Part shown: piece by piece, positions 29,413 to 38,770 of the stretch
How positions within the stretch are numbered: the stretch's first letter is position 1
Layout: each line of letters starts with the position of its first letter
Assembly: GCA_038235845.1 (NCBI GenBank)
Contig: JBBSTN010000001.1
Coordinates: 1 to 59,876, forward strand
Direction: 5' to 3'
Origin: Gemmatimonadales bacterium
GTDB lineage: Bacteria; Gemmatimonadota; Gemmatimonadetes; Gemmatimonadales; Gemmatimonadaceae
Length of the DNA stretch: 59,876 nucleotides
Notes under the pieces: generated by a model
Told to the model about the DNA's origin: nothing
Seen by the model: only the letters and a program-made list of their open reading frames with translations
The model's database searches: none
Program-made: the position numbers and the translations under genes

Positions 29413-30486
29413 TCAGGGCTGCACCGTCAGGCGAAGGCGATCATCGTCCCGATCGTATCCCTTCCATCTGTACAACGCTGCTGAGACGCCCCATGTGATT
29501 AGGAATATGGCTACGATCACATACCCCAGCACCCCAAAATGTCCGTTCAGCCGCTCCACTGTGGCCCAAAAAGATCCCGAAGCCTGCAATCGCTGCTGAA
29601 TCAATCCCAACGCCTGGATGGTGCCAACCAGGAGGGCCACCAGCACCGATACGAGAGTAACCGTGAAGTTGTAATACAGCTTTCTTAACGGTTTGGTATA
29701 CGACCAGTCGTAGGCGCTGACCATAAGCGCGCTGTCGGCTGTATCCACCAACGTCATCCCCGCCGTGAATAGCGCCGGAAATACAAGGATGGACCAGATC
29801 GACAGTCCGTGTCCGGCGCCGGCCGCCGAAATCCCCAGCAATGCAACTTCGGTTGCGGTATCGAATCCCAAGCCGAACAGAAGTCCGAGGGGGTACATGT
29901 GCCAACTTCTGTCGACAATTCTGAACAGTGGCTTGAATATGCGGGCAAATAAGCCGCCGCTTTCGAGCATGGTGTCGACTCCGCTTTCCACGTCGGTGCC
30001 GCCATTTCGGACGCGGTGAAACGTTCGATGAACGTCTGTCAGAATAAAGAGATTCATGATCGCAATGGCGAGCAAAAAAATCGCGGAGACGACTGTACCG
30101 ATAACCGAACCCACATTCTTCCAGGCATCGAAACGCGCGCTGAGCGCCATTGCTGTCGCTGCCACCGCGATAGTAGCAAGAAACACAACAGAGGAATGTC
30201 CCAACGAGAAGAAAAAGCCCGCAGCTACCGGTCGCTTGCCCTGCTGCATGAGCTTGCGCGTAACGTTGTCGATTGCAGCGATGTGGTCGGCATCGATCCC
30301 ATGGCGCAGCCCAAGTCCGTACGCCAGCAGCGAGGTGCCCAGTAACAGGGGATAGTTCCGAAAGGCAACCAGAGCCCATGCCCATCCCGTAACGTTGACC
30401 AAAGCGATGACGCTGAAAAGCGCGGTGGTGGTAGACCGGGCTTGCGACTTCTCGTCGCTCAGGACAGCGGCGAACGGATTGCTCAA
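29413..30486 (-). CDS. hoxN: High-affinity Ni/Co transporter (NiCoT; HoxN/HupN/NixA)
   Basis: RHGIDADHIAAID, FFSLGHSS and LGFDTATEV signatures; overlaps the hypB stop. Confidence 0.95.
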   Translation of the reverse strand: MSNPFAAVLSDEKSQARSTTTALFSVIALVNVTGWAWALVAFRNYPLLLGTSLLAYGLGLRHGIDADHIAAIDNVTRKLMQQGKRPVAAGFFFSLGHSSVVFLATIAVAATAMALSARFDAWKNVGSVIGTVVSAIFLLAIAIMNLFILTDVHRTFHRVRNGGTDVESGVDTMLESGGLFARIFKPLFRIVDRSWHMYPLGLLFGLGFDTATEVALLGISAAGAGHGLSIWSILVFPALFTAGMTLVDTADSALMVSAYDWSYTKPLRKLYYNFTVTLVSVLVALLVGTIQALGLIQQRLQASGSFWATVERLNGHFGVLGYVIVAIFLITWGVSAALYRWKGYDRDDDRLRLTVQP

Positions 30487-31145
30487 GACATCACGACGGA
30501 TTGAGATTCAAGCCAGGCGATCCATTCTTCGACCCCTTGCCCGGTTTTTGATGCAGTCTCGATAATTGGAAGTCCCGGACGTACCTCGTGTATGTTGGCA
30601 TATGCTGCTTCGCGATCGAATTCGACGGCAGCAGCGATATCGCACTTGGTGATCACCGCGCAGTCGGCGGAGTTGAAGAGCGTGGGGTACTTGAGCGGTT
30701 TGTCTTCACCCTCGGTAACGGACAGAAGCACGACACGAAGATGTTCGCCAATATCGTAGCTGGCAGGGCACACCAGGTTGCCGACATTCTCAATAAAGAG
30801 GAAATCGAGCTCGGCAAGATTCCAGGTGCCAAGTGCATTCGATATCATCGTTGCGTCGAGATGGCAAACGGTACCGGTACTGATCTGTTTGACCGGCACT
30901 CCTGACCGTGCAAGTCGCTGTGCATCGTTATCGGTAGCGAGATCGCCCGTCAGGGCAGCAACACGATGTTTGTCGCGCATCGTGCGGAGCGTAGTCTCCA
31001 GCAATGCTGTTTTACCGGCGCCCGGTCCGGAGACAAGGTTCACCACAAAAACGCCAGCTTCGGAAAACCGACTTCGGAGATCACGAGCAAGCAGGTCGTT
31101 CTGCTTCAGAATGTTTTGTCTTACTTCAACTATTCGTGGTGACAC
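30483..31145 (-). CDS. hypB: Hydrogenase nickel incorporation GTPase HypB
   Basis: GPGAGKT, CHLDA, ENVGNLVCP and EGEDKPLKYP; start GTG 31145 or TTG 31154. Confidence 0.96.
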   Translation of the reverse strand: MSPRIVEVRQNILKQNDLLARDLRSRFSEAGVFVVNLVSGPGAGKTALLETTLRTMRDKHRVAALTGDLATDNDAQRLARSGVPVKQISTGTVCHLDATMISNALGTWNLAELDFLFIENVGNLVCPASYDIGEHLRVVLLSVTEGEDKPLKYPTLFNSADCAVITKCDIAAAVEFDREAAYANIHEVRPGLPIIETASKTGQGVEEWIAWLESQSVVMS

Positions 31146-31491
31146 CTTCGTCAACCTCCATGGCTGAAAACTCGAGTTCGTTACCGCTGACTACGTCTGG
31201 TGTCGCTTCATTGCACACTGGACACCGCAGATGCTGCGGACTGTCAATCGTCTGATCCTTGTCGCAGCGAACGCAGTGTGCAACAAGCGCCGTTTTTTCT
31301 ATTACGAGACGCGCTTCCGAGATCGCCGTACCTTCCCGCGCTACCATGAAAGAAAACTCGAGCGCGTCGGCCACAACACCGGAAAGGGGACCTACGCGAA
31401 TGTACAGAGCTTCTACGCGGGGATTCCCCATGAGCGCTGCTTTCTCACATGCAGCATCGATGAGACTCATCGCAATGGATAGCTCATGCAT
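31126..31491 (-). CDS. hypA: Hydrogenase nickel metallochaperone HypA
   Basis: N-terminal MHELSIA, two CxxC motifs and SGNEL. Confidence 0.96.
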   Translation of the reverse strand: MHELSIAMSLIDAACEKAALMGNPRVEALYIRVGPLSGVVADALEFSFMVAREGTAISEARLVIEKTALVAHCVRCDKDQTIDSPQHLRCPVCNEATPDVVSGNELEFSAMEVDEGVTTNS

Positions 31492-31507
31492 TGGCTACAC
31501 ATTTGCA
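31492..31507 (+). promoter_or_regulatory. Candidate sigma54 promoter for the 31594 gene
   Basis: TGGC-TACACAT-TTGCA fits TGGC-N7-TTGCW. Confidence 0.35.
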
Positions 31508-31511
31508 TGTC

Positions 31512-31547
31512 ATCGTGAATCTGATCGTGAATCTGATCATGCATGTG
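31512..31547 (+). repeat. 12-bp tandem repeat upstream of hypA
   Basis: ATCGTGAATCTG twice, then degenerate ATCATGCATGTG. Confidence 0.85.
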
Positions 31548-31593
31548 ATGGCCAGAGTCAATGGAATAACATCAACGAGCCAGGATGCCATAA

Positions 31594-32091
31594 ATGCCCT
31601 CCAATCATTTGAGTGCCTATCTCCTCGATCACGTCGCCGGGGCTGAAGCGGCGCTCGAGATCATGGATCACATCGAATCGTCGCACGGGGACACCCAAGC
31701 GGGAAGTGCAGTCAGAGAAGTTCGTCCTCAGATAATGGAAGATCGTGAGACGCTCAACGGCCTTATCGAACAACTTACAGATTCAAGCTTAATTCCGCGC
31801 CGCGTGCTAGGGTGGCTCGGTGAAAAGGCTCTCGAGCTCAAAATCAAGCTGGACGATCCAGCGGACGGAGCACTTCGCTTGCTCGAGTCTCTGGAGGTTC
31901 TTTCACTTGGAATCGAGGGGAAGATCGCGTTGTGGAAGTCGCTCGACGCCAACCAGGACAAGAGTTCGGCAATCGCGAAGCTCGATTACGACCTCCTGAT
32001 CAAGCGCGCAGAGAATCAGCGCGCAAAACTCGAGCCGGCTCGCCTTGAGGCGTCTCGACAAGCGTTCATGCGCGACTCAACGGAGAGCTAG
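31594..32091 (+). CDS. Conserved hypothetical helical protein (possibly ferritin-like fold)
   Basis: YLLDHVAGA...EDRETL...LEVLSLGIEGKIALW pattern. Confidence 0.65.
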   Translation: MPSNHLSAYLLDHVAGAEAALEIMDHIESSHGDTQAGSAVREVRPQIMEDRETLNGLIEQLTDSSLIPRRVLGWLGEKALELKIKLDDPADGALRLLESLEVLSLGIEGKIALWKSLDANQDKSSAIAKLDYDLLIKRAENQRAKLEPARLEASRQAFMRDSTES

Positions 32092-32101
32092 CCGTTAACA
32101 G

Positions 32102-32491
32102 CTAGCGAAGCGAGTACAGGTATGCCGCCATATCGCTTGCCTCTTTGTCTTTTATTGCCAGTGCGGGCATTGCAGTACCTGGTTTCACCGCTGGCGGATT
32201 GCGAATCCATCGTGCAAGACTGCGCGGGGAATTGACAAGAACGCCAGCTATATAAGCGCGCTCAGCGATTCCAGCCAAGGGCGCTGCGCTCTCGAAGCGG
32301 GTTCCCGGCAAGCCACCGATCTGGTGGCAACTGGTGCAACCGTAGTGCTGAATTGCGATTCTCCCCCGCTCGATGCTCGCGTCCACCGCTTTCGCGCGCG
32401 CGGATTGTTCCGAGCACCCCGCGAAAAGAATGGTACTCAGCAACAAGAATAGACCAGCAAACTGACTTATCAAGAAGTAAGTTGTGCGCAT
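32102..32491 (-). CDS. Monoheme c-type cytochrome lipoprotein
   Basis: FAGC lipobox, CTSCH, PGTAMP (axial Met). Confidence 0.9.
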   Translation of the reverse strand: MRTTYFLISQFAGLFLLLSTILFAGCSEQSARAKAVDASIERGRIAIQHYGCTSCHQIGGLPGTRFESAAPLAGIAERAYIAGVLVNSPRSLARWIRNPPAVKPGTAMPALAIKDKEASDMAAYLYSLR

Positions 32492-32543
32492 GGTTCACTC
32501 ACCAAGGTCGGTCGGCACAGGAAGTGCGGAGACTAAAAACACT

Positions 32544-33122
32544 TTGGCCGCGATATTTTCTCCCCGCGCGAACACGTTGGCAAGAGCAGCATTTGTCTTT
32601 CTCTTGCTGTCAGCAATTGCGGTGCCGAGTTTTGCCATGGCGTGGGTGAGAACACCCTACGCGAGGGGCGAGGGTCGATGGATAAGTCAGCCGATTCCGT
32701 TTGACCATCGGGTACATGTCAACGGTCTTCAGATCAACTGCCTCTACTGTCATGCGGGTGCCGAGCGCACCGCTAATGCGGGCGTGCCGACAACGCAGCA
32801 ATGCGTCGACTGTCATTCCGAAAAATGGTTGACGAGCGAAACTTTCGCTCCGGTGAGGCAGAGTATGCAAACAGGCTCTGCCATACGATGGAAGCGCGTT
32901 ACGCAAGTTCCGGATTTCGTGTACTTCAATCACGCGATGCATGTTACCAACAAGGTTACATGTGAAACCTGCCATGGGCAGGTTTCTGAAATGGCGGTGG
33001 TTAGACAGACCCGCCCGCTCACCATGTCATGGTGTGTTGATTGTCATCGCGATGCGGAAAAGGCCAGCGTGGCTGTGACGCGGTCACATTCGCTCACCGA
33101 TTGCACCACCTGTCACCGCTGA
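32544..33122 (+). CDS. actA: Alternative complex III pentaheme cytochrome c ActA
   Basis: N-terminal TM, QPIPFDH, PDFVYFNH and five CxxCH (CLYCH, CVDCH, CETCH, CVDCH, CTTCH); TTG 32544 is the likely start. Confidence 0.93.
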   Translation: MAAIFSPRANTLARAAFVFLLLSAIAVPSFAMAWVRTPYARGEGRWISQPIPFDHRVHVNGLQINCLYCHAGAERTANAGVPTTQQCVDCHSEKWLTSETFAPVRQSMQTGSAIRWKRVTQVPDFVYFNHAMHVTNKVTCETCHGQVSEMAVVRQTRPLTMSWCVDCHRDAEKASVAVTRSHSLTDCTTCHR

Positions 33123-33178
33123 TATGCCCATAGCAGACCTCAACTTGGCGTCCTCCGCCTCCCCCTCCTTCGACCAGC

Positions 33179-36100
33179 ATGCACATTCCTGAACTCGGCG
33201 GCGCATCAGACCTTCGGGAGTTTGGCGACGAGCAGGGCACGCGCCCGGCCGGGCTGCCGCGTCGCGACTGTGTAAAGCTGCTTGGTGCCAGCGCTGCGCT
33301 GGCAGGAATGTCGGCTTGCGTGCGCGCTCCCGATGAAGAGATCCTGCCCTTTGTTCGCGCTTCGCACAACCTGCCAGGCGTACCCGTGCATTACGCGACC
33401 TCGATGAGTCTTGACGGTTTTGCGACGGGATTGCTGGTAGAAAGTCATGACGGCCGGCCAACAAAGATCGAAGGAAACCCCGAACATCCAGCGAGTCTGG
33501 GAGCGGCCGGGATCTTCGAGCAGGCATCGGTTCTCGGACTATATGATCCACATCGACTAAAATCGCCGCGACTTGCTTCGCGAAAACCGAATAGACCGTG
33601 GATAGATTCGCGGCCTTCAAGCTGGCACAAGTTTGAGCAGGCTTTCGACAACGCTAACCTCCCTCGAAGAGTGGGTGTTCGCGGAGAAGGGCTGATGCTG
33701 CTTTTGGAGCCGACCGCTTCGCCGCTCACTGCCGCCATGCTCGCCAGGGTTCGTGAACGATTCCCGGCGTGTCGCGTGCACTTTCATTCGTTGAATCAGA
33801 ACGCGGAGCAAAGCGTGGCTTCGCTGACGGGATTCGGTGAGGTGGTGCTGCCGCAGTATGACTTCAGAGCCGCAGATGTTGTGGTGTCCCTTGGCGCCGA
33901 CCCGTTAGGTTGGGGCCCCTTTCATCTAAGGCATGCGCACGACTTCAGCGACCGCCGCCGCCGTTCAAACCGCGTCAGACTTTATTGCGCTGAAACCTGC
34001 CCTTCGTCAACGAGCACTCTAGCAGACGATCGCATCGCCGTCACTCCAAGTGGAATTGCACGTTTGGTGGCAGGGATTTATGACGAGGTCGCCAGACGTC
34101 GCGACAGCGACACCGGAAAATTGGCTAGTTCACCAATCGATGATCTGAATCGCCCCACCGCCAACGACAGGCCTACACTGAACGAGCGGGAGCAAGCGTG
34201 GATAGGCAGAATTTCTCAGGCCTTACGGAGCGCTCCGCAAAGCTCGATTGTGGTGTGCGACTCAAGTCAGAGCGAGGCTGTGCAACTGCTGGTGCATGCG
34301 ATCAACTTCGAACTTGGGAATATCGGATCGACCGTATGGTACACGCGCTCCTCAATCATTGAAGCAGGCTCGCGGAGTCATCAACTTTCAAGCTTGATGG
34401 AAGGACTCGGCAGCGGAGAGGTCGACACTCTCATTGTATTGAATGGCAATCCTGCTTACACACTGCCTGCGAACGCAGATTTCGCGGCCCGAGCGCGCGT
34501 TGTGAATAGCTCCGTTTACCTGGGTCAGTTTGACAATGAAACCGCTCGCGTTTCAACATGGCAACTTCCAGCCACGCACTTTCTCGAGGAATGGGGCATC
34601 GAATGCGCATACAACGGTGTGCAGTCAATCGTGCAGCCCCTCATCTCTCCTTTGTATGCCGGGAGGTCAGTAGCTGAGTTACTCGCGTTCATTGCTGGAG
34701 TCGACCCGGGTAAAGAAACAAATGGCACGGTCGGTTCTGCTGGCATTCCGTCGCTCGGGCAAATCAGCGGCTACGACCTGGTGCGCGCTCAGTTCTTCGC
34801 GGCGAATTCTGCCGCGTCGAGAGTTAATTCCGAAGAAACCTGGCGCGACGCTGTTCGGCGTGGAGTAGTGGAAAATTTTTCATCCCCCCGCGTCAGCGTT
34901 ACGCCGCGACAGAGCGAGGTCTTATCCGCGCGAGGATTGCTACATAGGCAATTGGCTGCAGAAGCAGGTGTGCGTGGGGAACGACCGAAAGCCGTAGCGA
35001 ACGAAGTCGCGTCGGTGGAGTTGTCGTTACAATTGAGCAGAACCGTGCACGACGGTCGATTCGCCGACAATGCCTGGCTGCAGGAGTTGCCCGATCCGAT
35101 AACCAAACTTACCTGGGATAATGCCGCCTTAATGGCGCCAGGGCTTGCAGCGCAACTGCGTTTGGAGACTGGTGATGTCGCCACCGTGAAATCGGAAGTT
35201 GGCTCTGTCGAAATTCCTGTTTTGATCGTTCCCGGCCACGCCGAAGACAGTCTCACGATTGCGCTGGGATACGGGCGTGAGGGTGCGGAAGCGATAGCGC
35301 GCGCTGTGGGTGTCAACGCAAATGCACTGAGAAGTTCGACGTCGGGAATGAATATCAGCGATGCGAAGGTGAGTTCGACGGGCAGAAGGGTCGAGCTTGC
35401 AATTACACAGCGTCATTGGCTGGTTGAAGGTCGGGGCGAGAGCATACTGGGGCACGCGGTCATCGCCAGGGGCGTCGAAGGAAGGGGCGTCGAAAGTTCG
35501 GACGCCGAGGGTTCGGGTGTCGATCAACAGATTGGTGATAGCCTCCATCCAGTGTCGACAAAACGGAAAAGCAGTCGTCGCCCGCTCACACTTTACGAGC
35601 CGCCGACAGACACAAAGGTCGGCGTTGGCGCTGACCAGTGGGCCATGACAATCGATCTCGACCAGTGTACCGGCTGCAGTGCATGCGTCGTAGCCTGTCA
35701 GTCAGAGAACAACATTCCGGTTGTCGGGAAAGAGGATGTTCTAAAGGGGCGCGAGATGCACTGGATACGTATCGACAGATACCTCAGTGATGACAGCGCT
35801 TCCCGAATCGACGTGCAACCGATGCTCTGTCAGCACTGTGAGAAGGCGCCATGCGAATACGTATGTCCAGTAAACGCGACGGTACACAGCGACGACGGAC
35901 TGAACGAGATGGTCTACAATCGATGTGTTGGAACGCGATTTTGTTCGAATAACTGTCCTTACAAGGTTCGCAGATTCAACTGGTACGAGTACAATGGCGA
36001 CGTAAGCGAGCCCGGAAAAATGCAGAAGAACCCGGACGTCACGGTGCGTGCCCGGGGCGTCATGGAGAAATGCACCTTCTGTATTCAGCGAATCAGACGT

Positions 36101-36325
36101 GCGCAACGCGAGGCGGAGCTTGCCGGTGAACCATACACCGGCCCGGTGCAGACGGCATGTCAACAAACTTGCCCGTCTCAGGCAATTGTATTTGGATCGC
36201 TTACCTCGCGAGATAGCGAGGTCGCCGCGTTGTCCGAGCTACCTCGCGCGTTCAGTGCGCTGGAAGAGTTGGGTACCATACCGCGCGTTCGCTATCTATC
36301 CAAATTGAAGCCGGAAGAAGGGTGA
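33179..36325 (+). CDS. actB: Alternative complex III ActB (molybdopterin-oxidoreductase-like domain fused to Fe-S domain)
   Basis: Tat-like RRDCVK plus SAC; GRPTKIEGNPEHP and NAWLQELPDP; CTGCSACVVAC, CQHC...CP, CVGTRFCSNNCP and CTFC...CP. Confidence 0.94.
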   Translation: MHIPELGGASDLREFGDEQGTRPAGLPRRDCVKLLGASAALAGMSACVRAPDEEILPFVRASHNLPGVPVHYATSMSLDGFATGLLVESHDGRPTKIEGNPEHPASLGAAGIFEQASVLGLYDPHRLKSPRLASRKPNRPWIDSRPSSWHKFEQAFDNANLPRRVGVRGEGLMLLLEPTASPLTAAMLARVRERFPACRVHFHSLNQNAEQSVASLTGFGEVVLPQYDFRAADVVVSLGADPLGWGPFHLRHAHDFSDRRRRSNRVRLYCAETCPSSTSTLADDRIAVTPSGIARLVAGIYDEVARRRDSDTGKLASSPIDDLNRPTANDRPTLNEREQAWIGRISQALRSAPQSSIVVCDSSQSEAVQLLVHAINFELGNIGSTVWYTRSSIIEAGSRSHQLSSLMEGLGSGEVDTLIVLNGNPAYTLPANADFAARARVVNSSVYLGQFDNETARVSTWQLPATHFLEEWGIECAYNGVQSIVQPLISPLYAGRSVAELLAFIAGVDPGKETNGTVGSAGIPSLGQISGYDLVRAQFFAANSAASRVNSEETWRDAVRRGVVENFSSPRVSVTPRQSEVLSARGLLHRQLAAEAGVRGERPKAVANEVASVELSLQLSRTVHDGRFADNAWLQELPDPITKLTWDNAALMAPGLAAQLRLETGDVATVKSEVGSVEIPVLIVPGHAEDSLTIALGYGREGAEAIARAVGVNANALRSSTSGMNISDAKVSSTGRRVELAITQRHWLVEGRGESILGHAVIARGVEGRGVESSDAEGSGVDQQIGDSLHPVSTKRKSSRRPLTLYEPPTDTKVGVGADQWAMTIDLDQCTGCSACVVACQSENNIPVVGKEDVLKGREMHWIRIDRYLSDDSASRIDVQPMLCQHCEKAPCEYVCPVNATVHSDDGLNEMVYNRCVGTRFCSNNCPYKVRRFNWYEYNGDVSEPGKMQKNPDVTVRARGVMEKCTFCIQRIRRAQREAELAGEPYTGPVQTACQQTCPSQAIVFGSLTSRDSEVAALSELPRAFSALEELGTIPRVRYLSKLKPEEG

Positions 36326-37698
36326 GTAACGAAGCTATTGCACACCGGGATGTGCTTCGTGTCGACTCACTTCCCGATGATGGTAAACTAACCGTGCAGC
36401 TCCTTCGCTCGGCGTTTCATTCCTCCTGGATGTGGTGGCCACTTTTCCTCCTCTCCGGCGCGTTGGCGTTGCTCTTTGTTGTCGCGATGGCTGTTACCAT
36501 CTCCCGCGGAATCGGAAGCTGGGGTAATAATATTCCGGTAGGTTGGGCATACGGTATCACGGACTTCGTGTGGTGGATTGGTATCGGTCACGCAGGCACC
36601 TTTATTTCGGCATTCCTGCTCCTGCTTGGTCAACACTGGCGTGCGTCGATAAACCGGCTTGCAGAGGCAATGACAATATTTGCGCTAGTCAATGCGTCCC
36701 TGTTTCCGGTATTGCATCTTGGCAGGCCATGGTTTTTCTACTGGCTCGTTCCTTATCCAGCCACCACCGGTGTGTGGCCAAACTTCAGGAGTTCGCTGCC
36801 GTGGGATGTGGCGGCTGTTACGGCGTACTTCCTGGTATCGCTGATGTTCTTCTATCTGGGCATGCTCCCCGATCTTGCATCTGCGCGCGACAGTGCAGCT
36901 TCGCGCACAAGGAAGCGAATATATGGTGTTCTCGCACTGGGCTGGAGAGGCCGGTCTTCAGAATGGAGACATTTTCGCGCGACATATTTGCTACTTGGAG
37001 GAATCGCAACACCACTTGTGATCTCTGTGCACAGCATCGTGAGCCTCGACTTTGCAATCACGCAATTGCCGGGCTGGCATTCTAGCATCTTCCCACCCTA
37101 TTTCGTCGTGGGAGCGATCTTCTCCGGTCTGGCGCTCCTGCTCATGCTGATGCTTCCGATCAGGTCGGTATTCCGCTTGCACGATCTGATTACCGAACGA
37201 CATCTCGAAAACATCGCAAAATTGATGTTGGCGACCGGCACTATCCTCGGATACAGCTATCTGTGCGAAGCGTTTGGTGCGTGGTACAGTGGTGATCAGT
37301 TCGAGCGGTTCGCGATGCTCGTAGCGCGACCATTTGGCCCATATGGAGTTCTATTCTGGTTAATGACGCTGGCGAACGTTGCTTCCCCACAGCTTTTCTG
37401 GTGGAAGAAAATGCGTGTTCAACCGGTAGTGCTTTGGCTGGTTGGATTGATCGTATTTGCTGGCATGTGGCTCGAGAGGTTCGTTATAATCGCCGGCTCG
37501 CTGACAAGAGATTTTCTTCCCAGTAGCTGGCAGGACTTTGTACCGACCTGGATCGATTGGTCATTGTTACTCGGCAGCATCGGTCTCTTCCTCTTTCTGT
37601 TCCTGGCGTTTCTGCGCTGGATGCCATTCATCCCGATCAGTGAAATCAAACGGCTTCGCTACGAAATGGTTCAAGCTGGTCCAGAGAGGAGTGCATGA
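36322..37698 (+). CDS. actC: Alternative complex III ActC (NrfD/PsrC family quinol-binding subunit)
   Basis: FVWWIGIGHAGT, HLGRPW, WDV, SVHSIVSLDF, FPPYFVVGA and WLERF. Confidence 0.95.
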   Translation: MSNEAIAHRDVLRVDSLPDDGKLTVQLLRSAFHSSWMWWPLFLLSGALALLFVVAMAVTISRGIGSWGNNIPVGWAYGITDFVWWIGIGHAGTFISAFLLLLGQHWRASINRLAEAMTIFALVNASLFPVLHLGRPWFFYWLVPYPATTGVWPNFRSSLPWDVAAVTAYFLVSLMFFYLGMLPDLASARDSAASRTRKRIYGVLALGWRGRSSEWRHFRATYLLLGGIATPLVISVHSIVSLDFAITQLPGWHSSIFPPYFVVGAIFSGLALLLMLMLPIRSVFRLHDLITERHLENIAKLMLATGTILGYSYLCEAFGAWYSGDQFERFAMLVARPFGPYGVLFWLMTLANVASPQLFWWKKMRVQPVVLWLVGLIVFAGMWLERFVIIAGSLTRDFLPSSWQDFVPTWIDWSLLLGSIGLFLFLFLAFLRWMPFIPISEIKRLRYEMVQAGPERSA

Positions 37699-38261
37699 GC
37701 GATTCGGTTCTCGCGGAGTTCGCGAGCGCACAGTCCATGATGGCGACGTTACCGCGCTTGCGTGAAGCTCGTTTCAGTCATCTCGAAACTTTCACTCCTT
37801 TTGACATTCCTGGTCTGCCTGAGGCATTGGATGAGCGTCGGTCGCCAATCGGATGGATTGCTCTTGCTGGTGGTGTTGCGGGGGTATTGCTGGGATATGG
37901 TATCCAGTGGTGGGCTGATGTTCGTGGCTACCCGCTCAACGTGGGTGGCCGTCCGGTGCACGCGAGTCCGGCGTTTACCGTTGCCACGGTTGAAACCGCG
38001 ATGCTTTGTGCAGCGGGAGCCGCTTTCATTGGTACACTCATTCTGCTGAGGTTTCCGAGACTGTGGGCGCGTGAAGACGAGGTCGACGGATTTGAGCGTG
38101 CATCGATTGATCGCTTCTGGATCGAGGTGCATTCCATCGACTCGCAGTACGAAGCCGATAAGGCATCGCGGTTGCTGAAAGCTGGAGGAGCATTGCGTGT
38201 GCTTCCACTTTCAGGCGGGTCCGCGTTTACGGCGCACGGTGGCGCGGGTGGGGCCATATGA
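37695..38261 (+). CDS. actD: Alternative complex III ActD (DUF3341)
   Basis: LAEF, TFTPF, YPLNVGGRP and DRF; two TM segments; position after actC. Confidence 0.92.
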   Translation: MSDSVLAEFASAQSMMATLPRLREARFSHLETFTPFDIPGLPEALDERRSPIGWIALAGGVAGVLLGYGIQWWADVRGYPLNVGGRPVHASPAFTVATVETAMLCAAGAAFIGTLILLRFPRLWAREDEVDGFERASIDRFWIEVHSIDSQYEADKASRLLKAGGALRVLPLSGGSAFTAHGGAGGAI

Positions 38262-38770
38262 GAACGGCTCGTCGAATCGTAAACGGTCGCTGGCTTATAC
38301 TGATAGCGCTCGTGATTGTACCCGCGTGCAGGGAGCGACCGGAAGGGTCATGGGACTGGAATCGGATGCGTTCACAGCCGCGGTACCAGCCGTACGGCAA
38401 TAGTAACGGCCACTCTATGATGAGGCCTCCACCTTACGGAGCGATCTCCCGCGAGAGCCTGGCGGAGGAGGAAAGCTCGACCCGCCCAGTCGCAGACAGC
38501 GCCAGAGGGCGGTCACAGTACGAGATATTCTGTGCATCATGCCACGGCGCCCGCGGTGACGGCAAGAGTGCTGTTGGAGCAAGTACTCCTGAACTCTCCG
38601 GGCTGTCGCTACTATCGTCGAGCGCGCGATCCATGGACGACGCACAGTTGTTCGTATTGCTGCGAGACGGAACGGGAAGAATGCCGGCATTCGCTTCACA
38701 ACTTTCCGCGACCGATCGATGGATGGTGATGGGATATGTAAAGCGACTTCAGCAAAATGAAGTCGAATGA
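38258..38770 (+). CDS. actE: Alternative complex III monoheme cytochrome c lipoprotein ActE
   Basis: PAC lipobox, MRSQPRY, CASCHG, MPAF and DRW. Confidence 0.9.
   Translation: MRTARRIVNGRWLILIALVIVPACRERPEGSWDWNRMRSQPRYQPYGNSNGHSMMRPPPYGAISRESLAEEESSTRPVADSARGRSQYEIFCASCHGARGDGKSAVGASTPELSGLSLLSSSARSMDDAQLFVLLRDGTGRMPAFASQLSATDRWMVMGYVKRLQQNEVE

Noticed and set aside
31512-31547. CRISPR or iteron interpretation of the short tandem repeats here and at 7096
   Set aside because: Units are 12-13 bp, directly abutting, with no spacers and no cas or rep genes.
35467-35526. Degenerate 15-bp repeats in actB (RGVEG RGVES SDAEG SGVDQ)
   Set aside because: In-frame expansion of the linker before the Fe-S domain; no evidence of separate function.
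33179-36325. A catalytic molybdoenzyme (polysulfide or nitrate reductase-like)
   Set aside because: Fusion to the Fe-S domain and the actA-C-D-E-F context identify ActB, whose molybdopterin-like domain is known to lack the cofactor.
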